This document shows, in pieces, positions 1-11,488 of a stretch of DNA of 64,000 bases. Made by a program: the position numbers and the translations under genes. The stretch is taken from the NCBI RefSeq assembly GCF_001194135.2, contig NC_068981.1, forward strand, positions 161,376,386 through 161,440,385, written 5' to 3'. The notes beneath the pieces were generated by a model, which was not told where the DNA came from, did no database searches, and saw only the letters and a list, made by a program, of their open reading frames with translations. Every line of letters begins with the position of its first letter. Positions within the stretch are counted from its first letter, which is position 1. This stretch comes from Octopus bimaculoides. Taxonomy: Eukaryota.

Positions 1-279
1 TGTCTTAACTCCTCTGTAGCTATGTTTCTAACAAAATACACAACCCATATGTTTTAATTAATTATTTAAATAATTTAGAATATAGAAGTGTTAACAAATG
101 TAGCTAGCTCCTCCATCATCAAAGTGTCACTTGAAACATAATGAAAGGTCTTTCTTAGAATTATGAATGAATGTGTGGATGTGTGGTAAGAAGCCTGCTT
201 CGACATGATATTAAGTTCACTCCCATTGCATGGCATCTTGGGCAAGTGTGTTTAGCAGAGAAACTCAATATGCGTGTAT

Positions 280-346
<67 letters not shown>

Positions 347-349
<3 letters not shown>

Positions 350-581
350 GGTGGCCCAAACTTAGTTTTACAGTTATTCAACTATCTCTTTCACATTCAT
401 ATATTAACAGTTTAGATCTTAATTATAAAAAAAACATGAAACCATTATTCTATGCTAATTTAGTTAATTTTGTCAAGCTCCCTTTTCAGTTTGTAAGATA
501 GAAATTTCAAGTTAAGAAAATGTTTTAAAAGAAATTTCAAGTGCCTATGTGATAACTGTAAACCTACTTTTGGGTCACCCT
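347..581. mobile_element. Non-autonomous Tc1/mariner-like MITE (~235 bp)
   Basis: Left TIR CAGGGTGGCCCAAACTTAGTTTTACAGTTAT (347-377) follows TA. The reverse complement of 552-581 matches 348-377 at 26/30. The terminal G and right TA are replaced by an RTE tail starting at 582. Confidence 0.85.
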
Positions 582-675
582 CATCATCATTGTTTAACGT
601 CTGCTTTCCATGCTGGGATGGGTTGGACGGTTTCACTGAGGAATGGTGAGCCAGAGGCTGCACCAGGCTCAATCT
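582..675 (-). mobile_element. RTE-type LINE 3' tail fragment
   Basis: CATCATCATTGTTTAACGTCTGCTTTCCATGCTGGGATGGGTTGGACG closely matches the 3' end of the RT-bearing RTE copy at 44782-44860. Confidence 0.8.
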
Positions 676-1034
676 GTATATACATACATACATATATACT
701 TATATGTTTGTTTCCATGTGCATATGTTACTGCCCCTTTGGCTTTGCATGATAGTTGTAAACAAGTGTCACTGTCAGGCAAGCAGTGTCCTTTGCTTCCA
801 AATATTCTGTGGAATTCTGGCCATTGGGAAATATCATCTTACCTGGAAGCAAGTGAGGGTTCACAATTCCATCTGATGCACACAAGCATGGACGAGTGGA
901 TGCTAAAATAATGATAGTGATGATGATTTAAATCTAAACACTTTCAGATGCATGCATTTTTTGGTACCCTAGTCTCCAGAGCCAGTTGCTATCAAAGGAA
1001 TTAAGGGACACTTTATGTTAATATTAGTTTCAAA

Positions 1035-1236
1035 TTTCGGCACAAGTCCAGCAATTTCAGATGATGGGGTAAGTCGATTATATTGACCCCATTACTCTTA
1101 ACTGGTACTTATTTTATCAACCTCAAAAGGATGAAAGGCAAAATCGATCTTAGTGGAATTTGAACTCAGAACATAAGGAGAGACTAACACAGCTAAGCAT
1201 TTTGTCCAGCATACTAACAATTCTGCCAGCTCACAA
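1035..1236 (-). mobile_element. SINE family B copy
   Basis: Reverse-complement similarity to the best copy at 18749-18964 (AACTGGTACTTATTTTATCAACC...GGATGAAAGGCAAA...GGAATTTGAACTCAGAAC). Confidence 0.75.
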
Positions 1237-2202
1237 CTTTATATGTTACTGTCATCAGTTAGAATTTATAGGAAATATCATATCAGACGCAGACGTTCAA
1301 ATTTTTCTCAATAAAATGTAATATCATATATTATATATACTTGCATATCACAATCATCTACATTAGAGTATTTCTTTCTTTTTTTCTTTTTTTTTTTTTG
1401 GATAATTTTATATGCTTTCTNNNNNNNNNNTTTTTTTTTTTTTTTTTTTGGATAATTTTATATGCTTTCTTTAAACTTGTTTTATTAAGCTGTTAAATAT
1501 GTGTAATTGGTTAGTAGATAAGAGGAAAACTAATTTAAATGTTTTGAAAAAAATTCTTCGAAGTTATATTCTTGCCAACTAATATCAGAGTTCTCTTTAA
1601 TGATTATTCATATTATGTTAACTTATTCTAATTAATTATTTAATTTTTTTTTTAATTGTAATTTGATTACACACATAAATATATAGAATTTGTAACTACT
1701 GTTTGATCTATGGAGAATTTCCAAAGTAATTATCATTTTATATATGTTAACAAGAAAACTATGGTAATTGAGACACATTTTCAGACTGACAATTTCATAT
1801 ATTCTGTTTTTAGTTTTTGTGAAACTCAATATTACAAACAATTTATAAACATTATCTTGATCAAGAGTAAGTGTTTTTAAAGTAGACACATGGCTTTAAA
1901 TTTAGGATGGAGGAGGTCAGTCAATTAAGTCAAGCCTAGTATACGACTGAGACTTAATTTTATTGGCCATGCAGGAATGAAAAGCAAAGATAATCTCATG
2001 CGAATTTGAACTCAGAGTGTAGAGAGCCAGAAGCAATACGGCAATCAATATGTGTAATCAAATAATAAAAATAAAAATAAAAATTAATTAATTAGAATAA
2101 GTTAACATAATATGAATAATCAACACATCTTTGCAACCTATTATCCCTTAATAATAAAGAGAAAAGTTCATTATAAAGGAACCTCTTTGGTGAAACTATC
2201 AA

Positions 2203-2243
<41 letters not shown>

Positions 2244-2253
2244 NNNNNNNNNN

Positions 2254-2289
<36 letters not shown>

Positions 2290-3320
2290 CATAAAAATAC
2301 ATACACACACACACACATATATATATATATACACACACACACCCTCAAGAAAGTATTCATAATCCAGTGAAGTGAACCCAGAATTTAACCAGTGGGTGCT
2401 CCTTGATACTTGATGTAGTTAGTCTGAACCTAGATAATACCTGGGTATTCATATGGTACCTGGTGGGATAATTTATCTCTATATTCTCATTGTATATATA
2501 TAGCTTATACTGATATGTTTTTGGGTCTTACATACATAAATATATACATATGTAATGGATAATATTAGATAGCTTCAATGGTAAAATAATATTGAAAATT
2601 TGTGGAAATAAGAACAAAAAAAGAAGAAAATTATATGTAGAATTCTTTGTGGGTTTTTCAAGAGAACTGAAACAAGATACAAGAGGTAAAACCAATAAGA
2701 ACAAATATAATTTATATCTGCAAGGTGTAATACAATCTTTGAAGCCATTCCCAGTTCCTATTCCTCAGATAATGCTCCATCTTCACTCTTATAACTCCTC
2801 CTTTAATTCCAACATCCTTGCAAGCCACTGCAGTACCAGTAGGCAAGACAATACAAAAAAAAAAAAACCCCACAAAACAAACAACTTTATTAGTATTTCT
2901 AATATGATTATCATTATGTTATTCATATAATAAAATACTGTTTAATGATGTTAAAATATACTATTGTGTTGTATTGCGATATAGCTGTAGTGTAGGAACT
3001 CCTTTTAATAGTGCTGAGTGCAATATTTGGTATTGGTAAGAGTAATTTTGAACTTTTTTAGAGAAGGTTGAAGAAACCTTGATAGATCTCATATCAATGG
3101 TAAGTAAACAATATCATGTTCTAAACAAAATAGAAATGTTTAGAAACCGAAATTAAAGATGCCTCTCCCCCACTTAACAACAACAACATCAACATAAAAA
3201 AAGACATGTAATATTGAAACCAGGAAAAAAAAAATTATAAAAAAAAGAGAATCTGGCTTTAGAAAATCTGCCTCAACAAATTCTGTCTGAAGTATTCTAG
3301 CGTGGAAAAGTGGACATTAA

Positions 3321-3902
3321 CCCTTTGTGGGCTGGCGGGGTCCCCTGGGATCCCAGCAAAGTTTAAAAGTTATGCAACTTTTACATTTTTATTCAAATGA
3401 TTTTATATCTCATGACTTTTATTATCAATAGTTTATGTATGCACATACAAGTTTTGAGTTAAAAATTTCCAGTCACATAAATGTTGTAACATAAAAGTAT
3501 GGTCATTGGGGTCCAACTTGACCCCACTGGCTTTTATCTTCTTTCTTTTTTCAGATATTTTGATGAACTATAAGTCAATTTTCTTCGTATTTGCACTGGT
3601 ATGAATCGATATACTAAATAATTTTGTTTTATTTTATATTTAATGCTACATGTATAGTTTATGAAACTATAAAAAAAAAATGTCAATAGATTATATCTTA
3701 ATTCCTCTCCATTAAATGCTAATAATTACAAATATTACCTATAAGTGCTAAATTTCTTGTTCTGTATCATGCACTCACACATATATACAAGATTAAACAA
3801 ATATTACTTTATGGAAATGCAGAAATGCACAAAAATAAAACAGGGTTTCTCGGGACCCCAATGGCCTTTTGTGCAATTTCAACCCCGCCTCCCCATGAAG
3901 GG
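3321..3902. mobile_element. piggyBac-like non-autonomous element (582 bp)
   Basis: TTAA at 3317-3320 and 3903-3906. TIRs CCCTTTGTGGGCTGGCGGGG and (rc) CCCTTCATGGGGAGGCGGGG match 16/20. Internal GGGGTC-N-GACCCC-like palindromic motifs at ~3337, 3508-3525 and ~3843. Confidence 0.88.
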
Positions 3903-5575
3903 TTAAATGATAATAATGATGATGGCTTCTTCATGGTAATATTCTGATGACGAAAGTTTCTCATAAACTTCCATACACCAGATTCATATTGAATGATTGA
4001 ATGTTTCTGGCCTGGTTATAATGCATGTAATCGTAAATCTAGCGCTAAACAATAACATCGATCCAAATCAAACATGAAAGTAATCAAGTGCTATTTGGTA
4101 GATAACTTGCATGAAAATATTATTTTTTTAATTTTTAATGAAACCTTGACTAAAACCATTTATTCATTCATTGCTGCTGCTGTTTTCATACAACATACTC
4201 ATCATCATATAATTTGTTGTTCTCTCAATATTTTATTTTTCTATTTACTATTTTTTTCAGACAGGAAACCACACTTCATTAGAAATATAGTTTACCTGTA
4301 ACTATATTTCACTACTTATTTCAAATGAAATTCATTACCTGTGTGTTTGAATTAATTTCTGTTCTGATGTAGTGGCGAGAAAAAACCCCAAGAATTTAGA
4401 ATAATTTAGTCAAAATAACTTACCAAGTGTACAAAACATAGCATTCTTATGTAAAATTATGAAGGAAGGCTTTTATTTAAATACAGGCACTTTAAGACTG
4501 TTGTACCTTAGAATGTAAGACAGTTTTAAGTTGGTTAGTATGAAAATGTTTTATAAAAATGTGTTCATTCAATGACTCTGTCTTCTATCATATTCTGACA
4601 TACACACCGATTAATAACTTGGAATTATGAATAGAATTTCTTTTATATTTCCTCATAATAGTAGCTGGGATTCCTTTCATTGACAATTTGCCACAATAAA
4701 AGATTGGTGAAATGATCATGTGACTGTGTTTACATATTTGGTGGAGTCATAAACTACTGGAAGTTGTCTAGTGATGAACAAACTGAATATAAAGACAGAG
4801 GTACCATCAGTGCACTCTAACCATAAGCATACAGATATGTACAAACATATATATACATAAGCACAGGGATGTTTACATAATATACATCCTTTTATTAGTT
4901 GTATACGTAATATATTTCTTTTATTGGTTTCAGACAGTCGACAGCAAGTGAAGTTGGGAGAACAACTGTCAGAGGTTTTTAGTTGATAATGTCAATCCTA
5001 GTACATATTTCAAATATTTATTTCATTCATCTTGATATATATTTAACTGTTAAGTTACAGACAACAAAGAAGGCAATATAAACACACACACACACACACA
5101 CACAAAAAAAAAAACTGGCTTCTGCATAGTCTCCCCATTACCAAATTCCACTCATAAGGTACTCAATCTGAGGTTGCAGTAGAAGACACTTGCTAAGGTT
5201 GCAAGCAGTGGGCTCTAACTTGTGACTAAACAATATGTATAAGCGTGCACGCGTGCGCACACACACACACAAATAAATATACAAATCTCAAATATTTCTC
5301 TAGCCATCTTAGATCTTCAAGAACAGTTATAGCAGACAAGAGTAACCTCATTTTTTTTTGGGGGGGGGGGGATACAAGCCACCTGAGGCATCGCTCATCA
5401 TTAAACAGGCAGGCTGCACTACTAAAAGAATTCAAGGTAATTTTTAATGTCCCTGGATATGTTTGTTCTCATCATTTAAAGTAATATTATTGATTGTTTG
5501 GCATCCCGAGTTGGTCAGTTGCACTCTTAATGGATGGTCTAATCACACATAACGTAACAGTCTATATATATATAT

Positions 5576-5792
5576 TCTTTTACTTATTTCAGTCATTTGG
5601 CTGTGACCATGCTGGAGCACTGCCTTTAGTCAAACAAATTGACCCCAGGACTTATTCTTTCTCAGACTAGTACTTATTCTATCGGTCTCTTTTGCTGAAC
5701 TGCTAATTTATGGGGACGCAAACACACTAACATCAGTTGTCAAGGGAAGGTGGTGGGGAGGGACAAACACAGACACAAATACATACATGCAT

Positions 5793-5837
<45 letters not shown>

Positions 5838-6013
5838 CACAGACACACACACGATGGGCTTCTTTCAGTTTCCATCTACCAAATCCACTCACAAGGCTTT
5901 GGTTGGTCCGAGGTTATAGCAGAAGACACTTGCTCAAGGTGCCATGCAATGGGACTGAACCCAGAACCATATGGTTGGGAAGCGAGCTTCTTACCACACA
6001 GCCATCTCTGTGC
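5576..6013 (-). mobile_element. SINE family A, near full length (tRNA-like head, CORE-like block, internal microsatellite)
   Basis: On the minus strand: head GTGTGGTAAGAAGCTCGCTTCCCAACC...GGTTCAGTCCCA, then CTTGAGCAAGTGTCTTCTGCTATAACC, then a (TG)/(TA)/(GA) tract, then the tail ...GCTCCAGCATGGTCACAGCCAAATGACTGAAATAAGTAAAG. Many homologous copies in the window. Confidence 0.85.
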
Positions 6014-6055
<42 letters not shown>

Positions 6056-6214
6056 TATATATATATGATGATGATGATGGTCTCTCATCAGAGAAAGAGT
6101 ATTTTGCAATCTCTTGCTGAACAAACTACACAATTGATTTGTTTATAGTGATCATCTCATTTCCTCCATCAAATTGACGTTGCCTGAACAGGTGCATGGT
6201 GTATCATGCCTCAG

Positions 6215-6350
6215 GTGTCAAAGTGATCACAGAGTAATGTGAGATGAAGTGTTTTGCTCAAGAACATAATGCACAATCCAGTACAGGAACTGAAACCATG
6301 ATCTCATGATTGTGGGTGTAACACCTTAACTACTAGTTCATGTGACTTCA
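6215..6350 (-). mobile_element. CORE-like SINE head (type E) fragment
   Basis: GTGAGATGAAGTGTTTTGCTCAAGAACATAATGCAC...GAAACCATGATCTCATGATTGTGGGTGTAACACCTTAACTACTAG is homologous to 26390-26505 and 41975-42090. Confidence 0.6.
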
Positions 6351-6418
6351 TACACATATACACAGTGAGAAAGAGAGAGAGAAAATAAAGCTATAAATAA
6401 TACCTATTATATATGTGT

Positions 6419-6479
<61 letters not shown>

Positions 6480-6823
6480 TATACTCACACAGACAAATGC
6501 ACACTATATATATATTGCAAGTGTGTTCAAATATACTACTCCATTCAATAGTAATTATATCTATTCAGTTAAACAATCTTGAAACCAATTAGCTATGTAG
6601 TATATAAATTTCATGAAGTCTGCTATCTTTATCACATTAAAATAGAATTCCAATGAAATGTAATAAAACAACATACCATAGCAGCACTTAGGTAAATTTA
6701 TATGAGAGATATGAAAACTACAAAATAATTTATTTATGTATGCTCCAGATATTTGAATGTTTACATGAAGTGAATCTTAGAAATTAGGTTTTTATTTTTA
6801 TAAATATTTTTTTTAATAGGTAT

Positions 6824-7090
6824 AAAAGGCATGGCCGTGTGGTTAAGAAGCTTATTTTGTAATCATTTGGTCTTGTGTCCAGTTTCATTACACAACACCT
6901 CAGGCAAGTGTCTTCTACTAAAGGCTTGAGCTGACCAGTGTCTTGTGAGCAGATTTGGTAGATGGAAACTGTGTAGAAGCCCATTATCAGTAAATACATG
7001 TGTGTCTTTTGTGACTGTTTGTCACTCATTCTCATCACTTGACAACCTGTGTGGGCTTGTTTACATTTCCATAACTTAGCAGAATAAATC
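6824..7090 (+). mobile_element. SINE family A copy (partial)
   Basis: GGCATGGCCGTGTGGTTAAGAAGC head, CCTCAGGCAAGTGTCTTCTAC block, GATTTGGTAGATGGAAACTG. Confidence 0.7.
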
Positions 7091-7611
7091 AATGCTGTAG
7101 AGTCGAAACAAAAAACTTTGACTCTGACTCCTCTTTATGTAAGTGATTGTGGTCTACATATCTCATAAAACATATGCATACGCTTGTACTTTAAGTAGGC
7201 CTATATGTTATAACTAGTTTATATTAAAGAATAAAGATACTGCGAGTTAAAGTTGGTACAGCTTTACCGTTTCCGACTCCAGCTACCCCTTAATTGTTTC
7301 CGACTCTGACTCCACAGCCCTGGAATAAATACCAGACTTGCAGCTAACAAGAGAGAGCAACATGGGGAGAAACATAGATCTCTAGGGGAACAAGAACTGA
7401 AGGAAGAGTTTCAATGGTAAATTGTATAGCAAGATGGGAAATATTCAAGGGAAAAAAATATTCCTGGACAAAGAAAGAGCAACTGCTTGTGTAAGCAATC
7501 ATTTTGTGTACTTATGGTGTGTTGGTATAAGCAGAGATATAAAATATGATAGTACTCTCTGTCTTTCCACTTGTCTCTCTTGATATAATATGCATGCATG
7601 TATGTATATAC

Positions 7612-7918
7612 TCTGTTACTTGTTTCAATCATTTGACTGTGGCCATGCTGGAGCACCGCCTTTAGTCGAGTAAATCGACCTCAGGACTTATTCTTTGGAT
7701 GCCTAGTACTTATTCTATTGGTCTCTTTTGCTGAACCACTAAGTTACAGGGACGTAAACACACCACCATCGGTTGTCAAGCGATGTTGGGGGGACAAACA
7801 CAGACACATATATATATACATATATACGACAGGCTTCTTTCAGTTTCCGTCTACCAAATCCACTCACAAGGCTTTGGTCGGCCTGAGACTATAGTAGAAG
7901 GCACTTGCCCAAGGTGCT
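7612..7918 (-). mobile_element. SINE family A copy (head truncated)
   Basis: TGTTTCAATCATTTGACTGTGGCCATGCTGGAGCACCGCCTTTAGTCGAG...GGCACTTGCCCAAGGTGC; high similarity to the other A copies. Confidence 0.85.
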
Positions 7919-7989
7919 ATGATGGTGTGTATTCATTATTACTAACTTTGTGGCTGTTAATGTGTATCGGTGTAGATGCATGTAAAACC

Positions 7990-8270
7990 CCTACGATGGG
8001 CAGATAGTAGTTCTTTAGTCTTGAATGACAAACTATCTAGGAGAAGGATACTCCGAAATTAAACCTGCAGTCTCAAAGAGCATCCATTGATGAGGATCTA
8101 TTCCTCTTTATGGGTTGTGCTTTTGGTACTTCGCGAGTGGGATTGAGTGAGTGCAAGCTCTCTCCTCACTTTAAAAAGTTTCTGGCACGAGTATTGCTTG
8201 AGCAAATTTTGCTGAAGTTACACGAGTTCAATGAATGGGGCTGGTCGTAGCCTAAAAAAAGGCTTAAATA
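7990..8270 (+). mobile_element. Possible RTE LINE 5'-UTR-like remnant
   Basis: CTATCTAGGAGAAGGATACTCCGAAATTAAACC (~8033-8065) resembles a motif I associate with RTE 5' UTRs. Recalled similarity only; no ORF. Confidence 0.3.
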
Positions 8271-9157
8271 CAATTATATATGTATGTATACGCACATATA
8301 TCATCATCATCATCATCATCATAATATACACCTTTTATTTGTTTCAGCCATTGGACTACTGCAGCTATGCTGGAGCACTGCCGTGAAGGGTTTAGTCAAA
8401 CAAATCGATCCCAGTACTTATTATAAAGCCTGGTACTTATTTTATAGGTCTCTTTTGCTAAACTGCTAGGTTTCAGGGCCATAAAGAAAGAACCTCACAC
8501 ACACACACACACACAACAGGCCTCCATACAGTGGGAGTGAACTCAAAACCATGTGGTTGGGAAGCAAATATATGTGCTTGTATGTGTATGCATATATGTT
8601 TATATGTCTGTGTACACACGCACATATACATACGTGTGTGTGTGTGTGTGTGTGTGTGTATGAGAGAGAGAGAGAGAGATAAAAAGTGTGAATGAGTACA
8701 CTTGAACCTGATTAAATAGAGTAACTATACTTATCGACGACGTGCTCCTTCTGATATGAATATTTCAGCTAATGATTAGCATGTTCTAAAACTGTAATTT
8801 GTCACAGTAATCTAGTTTTTATAGAGGAACACTATCACACACAACACAGTTGTAAATGATAAGTGAACGCTAGGTTTAAAGAGAGAGAACAAAAACAAAC
8901 AATAAACTTAGCAATGAATTTACTTTAATTGGATGGAAATACAACTTCAGTTGCTTGCTTTCCCTTACGAGAACTGCGATATCATGAGAAACATCAGAAA
9001 TTCCAAGACAGGCATATTTTGTAAGCTAGGTGTGATCTATGTATTTATGGATGTGTGTTTAACCAGAAAAGGCTGAAAGTAGAGACTGTTAAGGCCATAC
9101 ATATAAATTAACTAATAGCAGCTTAATGCAATTTGTTAGCAAATGATGATGATGATG

Positions 9158-9301
9158 ATCCTTTCTACTATAGGCACAAGGTCTGAAATTCTGCGGGGAG
9201 GGGACTAGTTGATTTCATCAACCCCAGTCGTAACTGGTACTTATTACATTGACTGAAAGGATGAACGGTAAAGTCGACTTCAGCGGAATTTAAACTCAGA
9301 A
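9158..9301 (-). mobile_element. SINE family B copy (head truncated)
   Basis: CCTTTCTACTATAGGCACAAG...AACTGGTACTT...GGATGAACGGTAAAGTCGACTTCAGCGGAATTTAAACTCAGAA. Confidence 0.75.
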
Positions 9302-9464
9302 TATAATAATAATAATAATAATAATAATACCAAATCAACTCATAAAGCTTTCAGTGACTCAGGGCTATAGTAGAAAACGCTTGCCTATGGTGCCACACAA
9401 TGGGACAGAATTCAAGACTACGTGCTTCCCAACTTAATGTAATTTGTCAGAAAACAATAATAAT

Positions 9465-9650
9465 CCTTTCTACTAAATGCACAAAGCCTGAAATTTTGGG
9501 AGAGGGGACTAGTTCATTATATCGACCCCAATGTTTTACTAGTACTTAGTTTATAGACAATGAAATGATGAAAGGCGAAGTAGACCTTGGTGGACAAAAT
9601 GCCACTAAACATTTTGCTTGGCATGCTAATGATTCTGCCAGCTCACCACC
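9465..9650 (-). mobile_element. SINE family B copy
   Basis: CCTTTCTACTAAATGCACAAAGCC...GATTCTGCCAGCTCACCACC; reverse-complement match to 18749-18964; flanked by TAA repeats on both sides. Confidence 0.8.
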
Positions 9651-9689
<39 letters not shown>

Positions 9690-9702
9690 GTAATAATAAT
9701 AA

Positions 9703-10020
9703 TTTGAAAAGCTGTCAATATATAAGGACCTTGAGATTGAGATATCTAGGATATGGCAATTAAAAACCAAAACCATCCCTGTTGTTGTAGGTGCCCTAGG
9801 AATGATCAAAAAAGGTAGTGACAAATTTTTGACCAGATCCCTGGGAAACCAACAATCTATGAGGCTCAAAAAATTGTGCTGACATCAACTGCCAACATTC
9901 TCAGGAAGTTTCTCTCCATCTAATATATATGTGCTTTAGGACTCTGGTTGAGAACTGGCCAGAAGATGAAATAAAATGCAAATCAATTGGAAAATAATAA
10001 TAATAATAATAATAACAATA
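9703..10020 (+). pseudogene. R4/Dong-clade (RLE-endonuclease) LINE 3' fragment with (AAT)n tail
   Basis: 9703-9923 translates, with one frameshift near 9830, as FEKLSIYKDLEIEISRIWQLKTKTIPVVVGALGMIKKGSDKFL/DQIPGKPTIYEAQKIVLTSTANILRKFLSI*. KY.DL.IEI.R.W and P.VVGALG are characteristic of the R4/Dong RLE C-terminus. About 70 nt of 3' UTR is followed by (AAT)n, and (TAA)n also lies upstream. Confidence 0.85.
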
Positions 10021-10477
10021 ATAAAAGATGATGATGATGAAAATAATCTATATTTTTACAGAACTTTCAAAATAGAAATGAAAGACGTGATTCTTGATTT
10101 TCTTTATTATAAAATCAAAAATATTGAATATGGACAATAGGCCACAATAATCTAGGTGATGAAGATGATGATGATGACGATGACTAAAAATGATAAATAA
10201 CTATACAAGTGGCTTTTAATCACATATATTTCAAGGTCTAATATTTCATGTATATGAAATAGCTGTCATAAACATAGCCTGATTATATAAACAGAACTAT
10301 AAACAATCTCTAGTATTGCATTACAACCTATCATTTGGAAATGTAGCAATTTAGTAACAACTGAAAACCACCTTTAGTTCCTCCGTTGTTATATGTAGTT
10401 TGCCAAACACCAGAAACACACAATAAAATTTAAAAAATAAAGTAAAAAAAAGCAACAACATACAAACACTATAAACT

Positions 10478-10896
10478 AGGTATGGCAGTGTTGGTAAGAA
10501 GTTCACTTCACAGCCAAATGGTTTGGGGTTCAGTCCCAATGAGTGACATCTTGGGCAAGTATCTTCTACTATAACCCTGGGCCAACCAGTGCCTTGCCAG
10601 TGAACCTGGTACATGCAAACTGTGCATAAGCCTCTCATATAAATATATACACACGTGTGTGGATGCGTCTTTGTGTTTGTCATCCTGCCACCCCTGTCTG
10701 ACAATTGGTGAGGGTTTGTTTATGTTCCCCATAATTTAGTGGTTCAATAAAAGAGACAGAATAAATACCAGACTTAAAAGACCCGAAATAAAACAAGAAA
10801 CAAACCTAAGTACTAAGGTCATGTTGAACCAAAATCCATTAAGGTGGTGCCCCAACAGGACTGTAGTCCAATGATTGAAACAAGTAAAAATTAAGA
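10478..10896 (+). mobile_element. SINE family A copy, near full length, diverged
   Basis: GGTAAGAAGTTCACTTCACAGCC...GGGTTCAGTCCCAATG...CATCTTGGGCAAGTATCTTCTAC...ATTGAAACAAGTAAAA. Confidence 0.75.
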
Positions 10897-11281
10897 TATA
10901 AAGACAAAAGTGTGAAGGTGTACACTACACATAGCGTGTCCTGTTTGTTGACTCTATGTTGGAACAATTCCAACTTAGTGCATTTGAGATTGATTAAGAA
11001 AAACTGACAAAGAGCTAGTTGTTGTCAATGCCACCACTGCCACCACCACCACCAAAATGAAATAACTATTTATTTAGAAGTAGGCAAAAGCTGAAGTTAC
11101 TGATATAAAGTCATACCCCACATGGCCAAGTCATACAAGGTATGTTTTTTCCTCTTTTTCTTCTTTTAAATGACTAATAAAAATGGATGCATTGAGGTGA
11201 TTTGTAAAATGGAAAACAAATTTCAAATTTCCTCCAAAACTGTAGCTTCAGCATGAGACTCACAGTAACATATAAACTACT

Positions 11282-11488
11282 AAGGCGGTGGGCCGATGCC
11301 AGACAAAATACTTAGTGGCATTTCATCTGTCTTTGTGTTCCGAGTTCAAATTCTGTCAAGTTTGACTTTGCCTTTCCTCATTTCAGGGGTTGATAAAATA
11401 AGTACCGATTGATCACTGGGGCTGATGTAATTGACTTACCCACTCCCCTGAAATTGCTGGTCTTGTGCCAAAATTTGAAACCAATATA
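11282..11488 (+). mobile_element. SINE family B copy
   Basis: AAGGCGGTGGGC...GTTCCGAGTTCAAATTCTGTCAAGTTTGACTTTGCCTTTCCTCATTTCAGGGGTTGATAAAATAAGTACC. Confidence 0.75.

Noticed and set aside
810-890. 30-nt minus-strand exon candidate with a GTAAGA donor
   Set aside because: Lies in a dispersed repeat also seen near 13480-13560 and 51470-51520.
1391-1470. Direct repeat of (T)nGGATAATTTTATATGCTTTCT
   Set aside because: Identical copies sit on either side of a 10-N gap; most likely an unmerged contig overlap.
3948-3965. CTGATGACGAAAG hammerhead-like core
   Set aside because: No room for stem II and no flanking stem I/III pairing.
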